In this document: piece by piece, positions 18,688-28,432 of the stretch | Numbering within the stretch: the stretch's first letter is position 1 | How the letters are laid out: each line of letters opens with the position of its first letter | Origin: Bdellovibrio sp. | GTDB lineage: Bacteria; Bdellovibrionota; Bdellovibrionia; Bdellovibrionales; Bdellovibrionaceae | DNA length: 64,000 bases | Assembly: GCA_036676395.1 (NCBI GenBank) | Contig: JAKFCY010000002.1 | Location: forward strand, 2,464,001 to 2,528,000 | Direction of reading: 5' to 3' | Notes under the pieces: generated by a model | Database searches by the model: none | What the model was told of the DNA's origin: nothing | What the model saw: only the letters and a program-made list of their open reading frames with translations | Program-made: the position numbers and the translations under genes

Positions 18688-19491
18688 ATGTTGCGTTTAG
18701 CATCGCTTCTGGCGATCAGTCTCTTTATACACTTTCTCATGTACGAAGGCGTTTGGCTTCTGCCCGCGACACCTAGACTTTCGACGAGTGAAACAGAGAT
18801 CGAAATCATTGAAGAGAAAACTGCCGATCAGCGCGAAAAAGAATTCGATAAACCCGTCGTTAAAAATTCAAACGCGCCTGAACCCAAAGACATGTCAGAC
18901 CCGGCGCAGTTTATGGCTGAAAAAAATCAGCGTTTTGATAAACAAACTCGCGCGACAAAACTCGGTGCTTTTGAAAATCGCCAACCTTCACAAGGTGCTC
19001 CCAAACAAAAAACTCCAGCCAGTCAAGATGACGGAGACGTACCTGAATTTGCCAGAGAGATGCAGCAGCAGATGGCGCGCGTGCAAGAATCAACGGTTCC
19101 CTATGAATTACCCCGAGAAATTCAAAGCGGCTCGGCAACAAACTTAAATGCCGATGCTCATGTTTACGCTTCGTTTTACAATCGTATTTTAAATTTATTT
19201 TACGTGCGCTGGAGCGAGCGATTAAATGCTTTATTTGAACGTATGCCGACTGATGTTTACAAAACTTTGGCCGGTAAAAGTTGGATCACTGAAGTTGAAA
19301 TCTGGCTGAATGCCGATGGTCTGTATCAAGAAGGTTTAATTATGACCAGTTCTGGGTTTAAACCTTTCGATGACGCAGGAATATATGCGTTTAAGAGTGC
19401 AAAGTTCTTCCCGAACCCACCACGAGCTAAAGTCCAGGCCGACGGCGGTCGCGTTCGTCTTAGGTACAGAATTCGCGTCAACGTCTACTAA
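18688..19491 (+). CDS. TonB/TolA-like energy-transducer protein
   Basis: N-terminal TM with S-x3-H (SLFIH), Pro/charged linker, C-terminal SSG...DDAG...FPNPP TonB_C-like domain. Confidence 0.75.
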   Translation: MLRLASLLAISLFIHFLMYEGVWLLPATPRLSTSETEIEIIEEKTADQREKEFDKPVVKNSNAPEPKDMSDPAQFMAEKNQRFDKQTRATKLGAFENRQPSQGAPKQKTPASQDDGDVPEFAREMQQQMARVQESTVPYELPREIQSGSATNLNADAHVYASFYNRILNLFYVRWSERLNALFERMPTDVYKTLAGKSWITEVEIWLNADGLYQEGLIMTSSGFKPFDDAGIYAFKSAKFFPNPPRAKVQADGGRVRLRYRIRVNVY

Positions 19492-19531
19492 GGCTCAAGC
19501 CTCTCCTCTAATTTTGAGTTAAAATATTAGA

Positions 19532-20086
19532 ATGAAAATAGCATTATTCCTGACTCTTATTTTTGCCCATATGACAGCTCATGCCCTGACCACAGAAATC
19601 GGCTTAAGCTACAGTTTTTCAAAGAAAAATTTCAACGCCACTAATTACTATCAATCTGAATCTAAATCGGCGTCGTTATCTTTTTATATGTTTGAAAAAA
19701 TTGCTCTCGAATTAAGTTACACCGAATCGTTTTATGAAAATCAGGAAAACGACACGACTTCAGCGCGTGTGATTCAACAGACTTCAACGATTGCAGGTAC
19801 GGATTTAATTTTTATTCTTACAGACCAGCGCAGTGACTTTCAGCCCTATATTAAAGGTGGCGCCGCTTATATCCACAAAAAAGCTGTGATCAAGTACGCC
19901 AATGCCAATGCCTACGAAATTCCGACCAAAGATGGCGTGGCTCCTAGTTACGGTATCGGTTTAAAATATAAATTAACCGAACGTTTTTCAGTACGTGTGG
20001 GTTACGACATCTGGAAAACACCTATGGATGATGGTACAAAAACTGATGATACGGCTTTTAAAGCTGGGCTTAACTGGTTTTTATAA
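19532..20086 (+). CDS. Outer-membrane beta-barrel protein
   Basis: Signal peptide, amphipathic strands, QPYIKGG, terminal AGLNWFL. Confidence 0.75.
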   Translation: MKIALFLTLIFAHMTAHALTTEIGLSYSFSKKNFNATNYYQSESKSASLSFYMFEKIALELSYTESFYENQENDTTSARVIQQTSTIAGTDLIFILTDQRSDFQPYIKGGAAYIHKKAVIKYANANAYEIPTKDGVAPSYGIGLKYKLTERFSVRVGYDIWKTPMDDGTKTDDTAFKAGLNWFL

Positions 20087-21123
20087 TGCGATCTGTATTA
20101 GGTTTCACCGCCCTGACTTTACTCTTATCAAGTTGCCAGCTGGGCTATTATTTTAAATCTGCTAAAAATCAAATTTCGATGATGGCCAGCCGCGAAGATG
20201 TCGAAAAAGTTTTACAGAAATCTGATTTAACAGAAGCCCAAAAAAGAAAACTGGCACTGAGCCAGCAAGCGCGTGAATTTGCCTTTAACGAATTGCATTT
20301 AAAAAAAACTAAAAACTACGAAACCTATATAGATCTAAAACGCCCCTATGTAACCTGGGTCGTAAATGCTGCCTACAAATGGGAGTTGAAAAACTTTGAA
20401 TGGTCATATCCTATTGTTGGAAAAATGCCCTATAAAGGATTTTTCAGCGAACAAGAAGCTTTGGATGAAGCTGCTGAATTAAAAAAAGAAGGTTTTGATA
20501 CTTTCGTGCGCGGTGTATCTGCCTATTCAACCCTGGGCTGGTTTAAAGATTCTGTCTTATCATCAATGCTTCGTTATAAAGATCACGATCTTGTAAACAC
20601 CATTATCCACGAAATCGTCCACACGACGGCTTACATTAAGAACAATGCAGATTTCAACGAGCGCATGGCCGTCTTTATCGGCAACAAGGGCACTGAAATG
20701 TTTTACAAAAAACTTGAAGGTGCCGATTCTGCGACTGTAAAAGTGATTAGCGCTGAAAATGCCGATGATAAATTATTTTCTGCATTTATTTCTGCACAAA
20801 TCAAAAATTTAGAATCTTGGTATAAATCAAATTCAGAACAAAATGAAAAAATTCGCCAGGAACAATTTCAAAAAATAAAAGATGCGTTTACTCGCGAGCT
20901 TAGCGGTAAGTTAAAAACAACTTCGCATGAGAATTTCATCAAAAAAGATATCAATAATGCCACATTGGGACTACTGCGTACCTATATGGAAGACTTAAAT
21001 GACTTTGAAATCTTGTATAACAAGTGCGACCAGAACATGGATTTGTTTATTGAAAAAATTAAGACTCTTGAACAATCTGAAGATCCGGTCGCAGACCTAA
21101 AAAAATTATCTGTCTCACTATAA
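20086..21123 (+). CDS. Zn-dependent aminopeptidase-like lipoprotein (DUF2265-type)
   Basis: Lipobox LSSC; PYKGFF, AYSTLGWF.D, HEIVH...FNE. Confidence 0.85.
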   Translation: MRSVLGFTALTLLLSSCQLGYYFKSAKNQISMMASREDVEKVLQKSDLTEAQKRKLALSQQAREFAFNELHLKKTKNYETYIDLKRPYVTWVVNAAYKWELKNFEWSYPIVGKMPYKGFFSEQEALDEAAELKKEGFDTFVRGVSAYSTLGWFKDSVLSSMLRYKDHDLVNTIIHEIVHTTAYIKNNADFNERMAVFIGNKGTEMFYKKLEGADSATVKVISAENADDKLFSAFISAQIKNLESWYKSNSEQNEKIRQEQFQKIKDAFTRELSGKLKTTSHENFIKKDINNATLGLLRTYMEDLNDFEILYNKCDQNMDLFIEKIKTLEQSEDPVADLKKLSVSL

Positions 21124-21201
21124 GACCCAGCACAAATAACTAGACCTTTTTCTGCGTCATTTTCCTTTGAAAACACAATTCATGTTTCCGAATAGAAACA
21201 T

Positions 21202-23712
21202 ATGAAATCTGTGTCTTTAAGTTTACTTATTTTAATCGCCTTTTCTTACTCGCTCGGAATCTTTGATTTTTCACGAACACCCGTGCAGGGAAGTTATGAG
21301 TTAGCTTCGAATGCAGATGCAAACTTGAGCGAAAAAGAAATTTATTACAAACACGTGATTCAACCCATCTTAAATAATCGCTGCGCGGTTTGCCATTCGT
21401 GCAACAATGCTGCCTGTCAGCTAAACTTAACTTCATATGAAGGATTTTTACGCGGAGCTAACAAACATCATGTTTATCAGTTTGAAGAAAAAGCTGCGCC
21501 ATTAACCCGCTTGGGAATCGATGCTAAAGATTTATATTCATGGCGAGATAAAAAGTTTTTTCCGGTATATGATGCAAAAAATCCAGAAGCTTCTTTAATC
21601 ACATCGATGATTAACATGAAAACAAACTCTGACCTTCTGCCTGATGAAATGCCTGAAGAAGCCAGAAGCTGCCCATCGAATCAAAAAGAATTACAGGTTT
21701 ATTTAAAAGAAAAACCAAATGCCGGTATGCCCTTTGGTTTACCGATGTTAGATAAATATGAAAAAGACAAATTAAGCAGTTGGTTATCACAAGGCGCCCA
21801 AGGCCCGGCTTGGGAAAAAATCCAGCAGGCCAAAATTCCAAGCGGCAATAGACTTTATCTTATTCGCAACTGGGAAAAATTCTTAAATGCCCAGAATCTG
21901 AAGCAAAAATTAGTTTCTAGATATATCTATGAACATTGGTTTTTAGCCCATCTGTATTTTACTGAAGAACCGACTCAATTCTATTCATTGGTTAGATCTA
22001 AATCAGAATGTTCGCGCGGTGTTGATGTGATTTCAACGCGTAGACCAAATGATGACCCCGGAGCCAGGTTTTACTATTGTTTTCAAAAAGTTACGGCTCA
22101 GATTGTTAATAAAACGCATTTACCGTTAGAAATTTCTACCGAAAAACTAAATCGTTTTAAAAATTTGTTTTATATGACTGAGTGGCAAGTTAAAGCCCTG
22201 CCTGACTACAGTGAAAAACTATCTGCCAATCCATTTATTGTTTTTCACGATATACCCGCGAAAGCACGCTATCGCTTTTTATTAGAAGATGCTCAGTACC
22301 ACATTAATACTTTTATTCGCGGGCCAGTGTGTTTTGGCAATAATGCTTTAAATTCAATTGATGAACAATTTTTTACTTTATTTTTAAATCCTGAAAGCGA
22401 TTTTGCTTCACGTGATGCCAATTTTGAAACCGAAGTATCACCCAATTTATTTTTACCATCGTATTACAACGGCAGCGATGCAAAAATGGGAAGCATCTTA
22501 GGAACTTACGGCGACATGGTCGATAAGCGTGAAGACTACCGAAAAATTATTGCAAAAAAATATAAAAAAGATTTTCCACAAGGTTATGGTATCAATGATC
22601 TATGGAATGGCGATGGTCATAACGACAACGCGGCTTTAACGATCTTTCGTCACAAAGACAGTGCTACGGTATTAAAAGGCTTTCGCGGCGATTTATCTAA
22701 AACCGTGTATGTTTTAGATTACCCGCTTTTTGAGCGCCTGGTTTACAACTTAGTCGTTAATTATGATGTCTATGGCAACTTAACCCATCAGGCGATCAGC
22801 CGAATCTATATGGATTTTATCCGCATGGAAGCTGAAGAAAACTATTTACTTTTTATGCCTCCAGGAAAAGAACATCGCAAACAAATTCGTAAATATTGGT
22901 ATCGCGGTGTATTTGCGCATTTGAAAATGAAGTTCTGGTACAAACATCATAATATCGATGCGCCCACACAAATGAAATACAATAACCCTTACCGTGCGCA
23001 GACTGAATTTGTCGAACAAGTAGCTTTTAATTACATGAGCCCACAAGTGCGCGGTCCAGTAGATTTAATCAACTGGAAGCGGATTATTCCGACTATGACC
23101 AATGTGCAATGGCAACAAAGCCAGTTAAGTAAAGCTGAACTTAATTATGCCCATCAATTTAAACGTATCGCTTCGGTTAAGGCGCAAGAAAAGCCATTTC
23201 CTGTGTTCTTTCCCGATCTGGCATTCGTGTTAGTGCAAGCCCCGCTCAATCAAAGTAAAGCTTTTACAATCGTGCATCATCGCGAACACTACAGTTTAGC
23301 GTTTATCACGAATGAAGACGGAAGACGCGATCCAGAAATTGATTCGTTAAGTATATTTCCGGGGTATGTGGGTTCTTTTCCGAATCTTTTCTTCTCGGTG
23401 CAAGAAAATGAATTAAGTGATTTTGTAACGGCGATTGAAAATATTCGCACGCAAGCTGATTATGAAAAGCTTAAACAACGCTGGGCTATTTCACGAACAA
23501 ATAAAGATTTCTGGCGATTTTCAGATTGGTTTTATTACAACGCTCAAGTTGTTAATCCTTCAGATGCTGGATTATTTGATCTTACAAGATATGATAATAA
23601 TGTTCCTGAACGCAAAGTGAACAGATACATCAAAGAAATTACTGAAGACGCGGTGAATGAAGATGACGAAGATCGTGATTACCGTTATCAATCCAGCCGT
23701 CGCGGGAAGTAA
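21202..23712 (+). CDS. cti: Fatty acid cis/trans isomerase (c-type haem)
   Basis: RCAVCHSC..CQLNL, FIRGPVC, NAALTIFRH.DSATV, DYPLFER..Y.LV. Confidence 0.88.
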   Translation: MKSVSLSLLILIAFSYSLGIFDFSRTPVQGSYELASNADANLSEKEIYYKHVIQPILNNRCAVCHSCNNAACQLNLTSYEGFLRGANKHHVYQFEEKAAPLTRLGIDAKDLYSWRDKKFFPVYDAKNPEASLITSMINMKTNSDLLPDEMPEEARSCPSNQKELQVYLKEKPNAGMPFGLPMLDKYEKDKLSSWLSQGAQGPAWEKIQQAKIPSGNRLYLIRNWEKFLNAQNLKQKLVSRYIYEHWFLAHLYFTEEPTQFYSLVRSKSECSRGVDVISTRRPNDDPGARFYYCFQKVTAQIVNKTHLPLEISTEKLNRFKNLFYMTEWQVKALPDYSEKLSANPFIVFHDIPAKARYRFLLEDAQYHINTFIRGPVCFGNNALNSIDEQFFTLFLNPESDFASRDANFETEVSPNLFLPSYYNGSDAKMGSILGTYGDMVDKREDYRKIIAKKYKKDFPQGYGINDLWNGDGHNDNAALTIFRHKDSATVLKGFRGDLSKTVYVLDYPLFERLVYNLVVNYDVYGNLTHQAISRIYMDFIRMEAEENYLLFMPPGKEHRKQIRKYWYRGVFAHLKMKFWYKHHNIDAPTQMKYNNPYRAQTEFVEQVAFNYMSPQVRGPVDLINWKRIIPTMTNVQWQQSQLSKAELNYAHQFKRIASVKAQEKPFPVFFPDLAFVLVQAPLNQSKAFTIVHHREHYSLAFITNEDGRRDPEIDSLSIFPGYVGSFPNLFFSVQENELSDFVTAIENIRTQADYEKLKQRWAISRTNKDFWRFSDWFYYNAQVVNPSDAGLFDLTRYDNNVPERKVNRYIKEITEDAVNEDDEDRDYRYQSSRRGK

Positions 23713-24204
23713 TTACTTTTCTTCGATAATTTGCGGTGGTGGAAGCTTAGCAGGTTTTGCTTTAGACTCTTCACCTAAAACCAGAGATTTAAGCTTAAGA
23801 TTGATGTCTTGCTTGATCGCCAGGTAATCCAAAAACTTTTTATCGCCCAAAAGGGCTTTCATTTTATCAAGCTCTTGCAAGCTTAAATCATTATAAGCGA
23901 TCAGGGTCTTTTTATAATTTTTGATAATATTAGAAGCCTGGCTTTGCGGTAACTGAGGATTTTCTTTACTTTGAAATGACAGCTTTTGCAATTGGGTCGC
24001 AAATTGCAGTTTTTGCTTATTGAGATCGCGATGAATATCAGCGAACTTTTTTTCTTCAGCGGCAGAGAGCTTTAACTCATCACTGACTTTCCAGATAAAA
24101 ATGTCTTCAACTGAGTTTTTCTTTACGGTCGGTGCTGCTGCACTCTGAGCTGCCACCGGCAGACAAAAAAGAATGGGAATAAGAAGAATTGTGAAAAAAG
24201 ACAT
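23713..24204 (-). CDS. Periplasmic helical protein, Spy/CpxP-like
   Basis: Signal peptide; ELKLSAAEE helical pattern; third gene after ECF sigma and putative anti-sigma. Confidence 0.55.
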   Translation of the reverse strand: MSFFTILLIPILFCLPVAAQSAAAPTVKKNSVEDIFIWKVSDELKLSAAEEKKFADIHRDLNKQKLQFATQLQKLSFQSKENPQLPQSQASNIIKNYKKTLIAYNDLSLQELDKMKALLGDKKFLDYLAIKQDINLKLKSLVLGEESKAKPAKLPPPQIIEEK

Positions 24205-24289
24205 TAAGAAATTATGTCTATATTTGGGTAACTAAACAAATGAATTTGGACATCCGTTTCCAAGATTCATCTTATCTGTGTGTTCTAGA

Positions 24290-24760
24290 TTAAAGTTGTA
24301 AGTCCGCTCCTTGGCTTGCACTTAATCTTTCATTCATAACATCTGCGTAAAAATCAGAGTCATTTTGTACTGAGGCCGCCATTTCTACCCAGTCCTGTGG
24401 GTTTTCTAATGCTTGCTCGATAATGATCTGCCTGTTTGAGGCGATCTGATTTTGTGAACTCATATCAAATAATTTAAGACTCATTGTAGCCAGACCTAAG
24501 CCTAAGGTTAAGCTGACACCAACTAATCCCATTTTCACGACGTGAAGGGTGCGCACATTATTCGACGGTCGATAATAATGCGCCTGACGTTCTAAGAATT
24601 CCCACGACTTTGATAGCCGGCTTGTAGCTGGCTTGATTTCTGTTTTTGCGACATCTGCCATGATTTTGTCATGAAGTTTGTCAAAAAACATATCGTCCAT
24701 GGGAAGTTCAATCGGATCTTCCCGTCTTAATTGTTCTCTCAATCCCTGATTCGGTTTCAT
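24290..24760 (-). CDS. Single-TM protein, probable anti-sigma factor
   Basis: Directly follows the ECF sigma gene; FFDKLHDKIM motif; one TM; GGAGG SD before ATG 24760. Confidence 0.55.
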   Translation of the reverse strand: MKPNQGLREQLRREDPIELPMDDMFFDKLHDKIMADVAKTEIKPATSRLSKSWEFLERQAHYYRPSNNVRTLHVVKMGLVGVSLTLGLGLATMSLKLFDMSSQNQIASNRQIIIEQALENPQDWVEMAASVQNDSDFYADVMNERLSASQGADLQL

Positions 24761-24761
24761 G

Positions 24762-25376
24762 TTATTCTGCCTCCGCATATTTAGTATTTAGTTCTGTGAA
24801 GAATCCACCAATCTCGTTTGTCCAAGATTTTAATTCTGCACGATCTTCAAAAACTTCTTTTAACTTCAATAGTGCATGTCTGTAATTCGCCTTGGCCGTG
24901 TCGTACGGACACTCCATAACTTCAGCGATTTCAGAAAAGCTCATATCTTCGTACACGCGTAACACCAGAGCTGTTTTTTGTTTGAAAGGAAGCTTCTCAA
25001 CTTCTGCATTCAGAATTTCGCCGACCGCTCTGTGAACAAGTGATTTTTCAGCTTGAGCATCTACGCCCAGTTGAACATCTTCAATGTCAGAGTAGTCATA
25101 ACGATCTTCACGCAGTTTATTGCGAGCTGTATTGACTGTAATTTGATACAACCAACTTTTGAAAGACGAGCGCCCTTCAAAAGAATTTAGTTTCTCAAAA
25201 GTCTTAATAAAAGACTCCTGCACCACGTCTTGTGCAATATCTAGGTCCTTCACAAATCTCATACTTAACCGTAGCAATCCTTTTTGATGTCGTTTCACAA
25301 GTTCTGAGAATGATGACCGCTGACCGTTGCGGACTTCATCGACTAACTGTAGATCAGTCTTCTCCACTTGAATCAT
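24762..25376 (-). CDS. ECF (RpoE-like) sigma factor
   Basis: AQDVVQESFIK, FKSWLYQITVN, MSFSEIAEVMECP; ATG 25376 with AGGGG SD. Confidence 0.93.
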   Translation of the reverse strand: MIQVEKTDLQLVDEVRNGQRSSFSELVKRHQKGLLRLSMRFVKDLDIAQDVVQESFIKTFEKLNSFEGRSSFKSWLYQITVNTARNKLREDRYDYSDIEDVQLGVDAQAEKSLVHRAVGEILNAEVEKLPFKQKTALVLRVYEDMSFSEIAEVMECPYDTAKANYRHALLKLKEVFEDRAELKSWTNEIGGFFTELNTKYAEAE

Positions 25377-25399
25377 AAGACACACCCCTGTCCAACTTC

Positions 25400-25480
25400 G
25401 GTTAGTAAAACTTATGATCGCTTACTAACCTTTTTTCATGCTGCCCCCTCCAAGAACCTATTTTCTTAGATCTCAGCATG
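25400..25480 (-). promoter_or_regulatory. Structured leader with a 4-codon uORF (MKKG*) upstream of the ECF sigma gene
   Basis: GGAGG SD, then ATG AAA AAA GGT TAG (25439-25425); stems CATGCTG/CAGCATG and GGTTAGTAA/TTACTAACC. Confidence 0.4.
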
Positions 25481-25598
25481 CTTGCTAAATATTAGAGCAA
25501 AGGATGGGCCAATCCGAAAGAGTCAAAATGGCCTAACATATTGAATTAATTAATCTTTTCGAGGTTTAGTAATACTATGTATAAGAGAAAGTTATGAG

Positions 25599-26282
25599 CT
25601 AACGACGCTGTTTGCGATTAGCTTGGACAATTAAACGACTTAGATCTTCGCACACATTTAAAATGCGGCTCTTTTTGATTTCAGTCAGATTTACGAATTC
25701 TAAGCCAAGCTCTGGATTTTCTTTGGGTTTACGGCTAACAAAGCGAATTACGCAGCCAACTAAGAACACGGCGCGCTTGCCAACCTTAACAGACAAAATA
25801 ACACCACTGCCTTTTTGGAACAGGACCAAATCGGCCATCACGATCATTTTTGCGCCTGACTCAGAAAAGTTCGATAATTTGGCTTCTACGCGGGCATTCT
25901 TATTTAAAGAGGTAATCACATACACTTCATGCGAAAAATCATCTGTTACTTCAAAGCGCACATGACGGCGACGGCGAAGCTCAAGCATCTCCATATTGGT
26001 TTGCACATAAAAGCCTTTACCATCCATCAAAACCTTAGCTTTAAAAAAGAAAACACGCGTGCCAATACGAAAACTAAAAGCGCACATGCGATCTTTTAAT
26101 TCGTAGACTTCGAGCGGAAGAATATAAAGTTTACCGAATTTTTCAACCTCAGAAGAAGTTAAATTCACACGAATAACATCGTTCACTTTTCCATCAATGG
26201 TAATTTGGCATTTATCGAATATATTTTTTCTAAAAATAGATTCGACTTCTGATTTAGGTAACTTTTCAAAAAAGTTTTGCAT
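25599..26282 (-). CDS. PilZ-domain protein (YcgR-like architecture)
   Basis: RRRHVR and NFSESG motifs; starts 1 nt after the dgcB stop. Confidence 0.8.
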   Translation of the reverse strand: MQNFFEKLPKSEVESIFRKNIFDKCQITIDGKVNDVIRVNLTSSEVEKFGKLYILPLEVYELKDRMCAFSFRIGTRVFFFKAKVLMDGKGFYVQTNMEMLELRRRRHVRFEVTDDFSHEVYVITSLNKNARVEAKLSNFSESGAKMIVMADLVLFQKGSGVILSVKVGKRAVFLVGCVIRFVSRKPKENPELGLEFVNLTEIKKSRILNVCEDLSRLIVQANRKQRR

Positions 26283-26283
26283 A

Positions 26284-27204
26284 TTAGCCAGCTACAGTGA
26301 CCTTGTTGCGGCCGTTTTGTTTACTTGAGTATAAAGCTTTGTCTGCGCGATCATAGACTGACTCCCAAGTGTCGATGCTATTGAATTGCGCCACACCAAT
26401 TGAGATTGTTACAGGAACTTTACGACCATCAAAAATAAATTCATGAGCTTCTACAGTTTGACGAATACGTTCAGCCACTTCTGCAGCGGTTTTGATGTTC
26501 GTAGCTTGCAATAAAGTTACAAACTCTTCTCCGCCGAAACGCGCAAAGTAATCATTGGCGCGAACCAGGCGCGCTTGCATAAGCTTACCTAATTCACGTA
26601 ATACATAATCCCCGCCTGGATGGCCGAAATTATCATTCACCTTTTTGAAAAAATCGATATCAAAAGTAATAACTGATAAAGGTTCACCTAAGTTTTTCGC
26701 ACGCTGAATAATCTCGGGGCCTTTTTCTAATAATGCGCCTTTAGAGTAAGCTCCGGTAAGAGCATCTTTTTGCGCTTTTTCTAAAGTCCTTTGATTGGCA
26801 ATAATTTCAATACTGCCTTTTTCTAAGAATTTCAAAATTACATTACCAGCTTTGATTCTGTCGCTGTTATGTAATTTTCTTTGCACCATCGGAACTGCAA
26901 TTTGATCGTTTACCGAAGTTTTATTTGTTGAATTCATATCCATGATCACAACATCAAAACCGGCCTGCATAATTTTTGCGTGCGAGCGGCTTAAAGAAGT
27001 ATCGTTGATATAGATGTCACAATCCGGAGAACGACCGATTGTCATGTCAGGTTTTGTGACCAACCACTGTTTTCCAACAGCTTCAGTCGGACCAACTAAA
27101 CACACAAGAGCCGGAGGCGCATCATCAGCTTGTTTAAGCGCACCCCTGAAAGTGTCGCTCAAAGCTCCCATCACCGTTGCTTCTTGTTCGTTATTTTTCG
27201 ACAT
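26284..27204 (-). CDS. dgcB: FHA-GGDEF diguanylate cyclase (DgcB-like)
   Basis: FHA (IGR, SRSHA, NSTN), GGEEF, RxxD I-site (RAND), N-terminal tail; ATG 27204 with GAGGTG SD. Confidence 0.8.
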   Translation of the reverse strand: MSKNNEQEATVMGALSDTFRGALKQADDAPPALVCLVGPTEAVGKQWLVTKPDMTIGRSPDCDIYINDTSLSRSHAKIMQAGFDVVIMDMNSTNKTSVNDQIAVPMVQRKLHNSDRIKAGNVILKFLEKGSIEIIANQRTLEKAQKDALTGAYSKGALLEKGPEIIQRAKNLGEPLSVITFDIDFFKKVNDNFGHPGGDYVLRELGKLMQARLVRANDYFARFGGEEFVTLLQATNIKTAAEVAERIRQTVEAHEFIFDGRKVPVTISIGVAQFNSIDTWESVYDRADKALYSSKQNGRNKVTVAG

Positions 27205-27311
27205 GTTGTAACTCACCTCTATTAAGAAAGTATGCTCGAGAAAATATCATTGATCAATCAAGGACTAGACTTAAGAAAGGCTAAGTTTACCTCTAGAAAC
27301 GAGACAAAGTA

Positions 27312-28427
27312 TTATGATACAGCAACGTCTTCTTCGATACGGTGAAAACCCTTCCACTCTTTTAAACGTCCGTGCGGACGAGTGTCAGATTCTGTATATT
27401 CAAAAAGAACGTAAGTTAATTTAGTGATCCGGCCAAGTGATGTAACATCTAAAGATGTCAGCTCGGTCCAGGTTCCGGTATTAAAATATTCTTTACGGGT
27501 TCCCCATTTACGGTATTCATAAACATGGGTGTGGCCAAAAACCACTGAATGGACGCGCTCATCAGCCAAAATTCTTTTAGCAGCCAGACTTAAATCCGGA
27601 AAGATCGCGCTCTCTAAGAAAATTTTTAAAAGTTTTTTTAACGGCCACTTATAGCGAGGGTCTGCCGAAAATAAAATTTGATAGATATATTTAGACAACA
27701 AACCAATCGATTTGAACATAACGGCTGTTTCATTAAACAACGCCCAGCGAATCATTGCACCAAAAGGGCGAATTTTATCTACATGTGGGTAACGTTCTTT
27801 AATCTTTAAAACTAGCTCTACAAAAAAATGTGAACCAAAAGGTAAATTTAAAATTGGTTCTGGCACACCTTGTTTGATAAAAAATTTGCGCGGGTCCATG
27901 CGGTTGGCCGCTTCATGCATATGACCGTGTTCGATATGAATGCCATCGATATAATAAATAATACTTTTATATTGTAAGGGTTTACCCACGAACTGATCTA
28001 AATAATCGCGACAGGCCTGAAACATCATGCCTTGATCATGGTTGCCGATCACATAGGTAATTTGACGAAATTGTTGCGCTAAAAAATCGCCCATTGCTTT
28101 AAACACCGGGGCATGCGCTGAAATAATAGTTTTTAAAACTTCTAAGGCAATTGTTTCTGTAATCGCAGTTAGATAATGACCTTTATAATCAACTTGCAAG
28201 AAATTTAAAAAATCACCGTTGATAATCACTTCGACTTCGTAATCACGGTAAGCACCAGATGAATAGTACTGAAAAAATTCAACTAACTTATCTGCGTAAT
28301 AGAATTCTTCTAATGAATTCAGGCCGCCATCTTCTAAAAGACGCCCTTTACCCAAATGCAAATCGCTGATCACTAGCTTGATCTTCTTTGCTGGTCTTTT
28401 AACGTCTTCCGTGATCGTTCCTGCCAT
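27312..28427 (-). CDS. Calcineurin-like metallophosphoesterase
   Basis: SDLH, GDFL, GNHD, EHGH, GHTH, NTGTW. Confidence 0.88.
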   Translation of the reverse strand: MAGTITEDVKRPAKKIKLVISDLHLGKGRLLEDGGLNSLEEFYYADKLVEFFQYYSSGAYRDYEVEVIINGDFLNFLQVDYKGHYLTAITETIALEVLKTIISAHAPVFKAMGDFLAQQFRQITYVIGNHDQGMMFQACRDYLDQFVGKPLQYKSIIYYIDGIHIEHGHMHEAANRMDPRKFFIKQGVPEPILNLPFGSHFFVELVLKIKERYPHVDKIRPFGAMIRWALFNETAVMFKSIGLLSKYIYQILFSADPRYKWPLKKLLKIFLESAIFPDLSLAAKRILADERVHSVVFGHTHVYEYRKWGTRKEYFNTGTWTELTSLDVTSLGRITKLTYVLFEYTESDTRPHGRLKEWKGFHRIEEDVAVS

Positions 28428-28432
28428 TAATA

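Noticed and set aside
25492..25520. Plus-strand sigma28-like TCCGAAAG between two minus-strand genes
   Set aside because: Poor -35 match and no downstream gene; cannot be supported.
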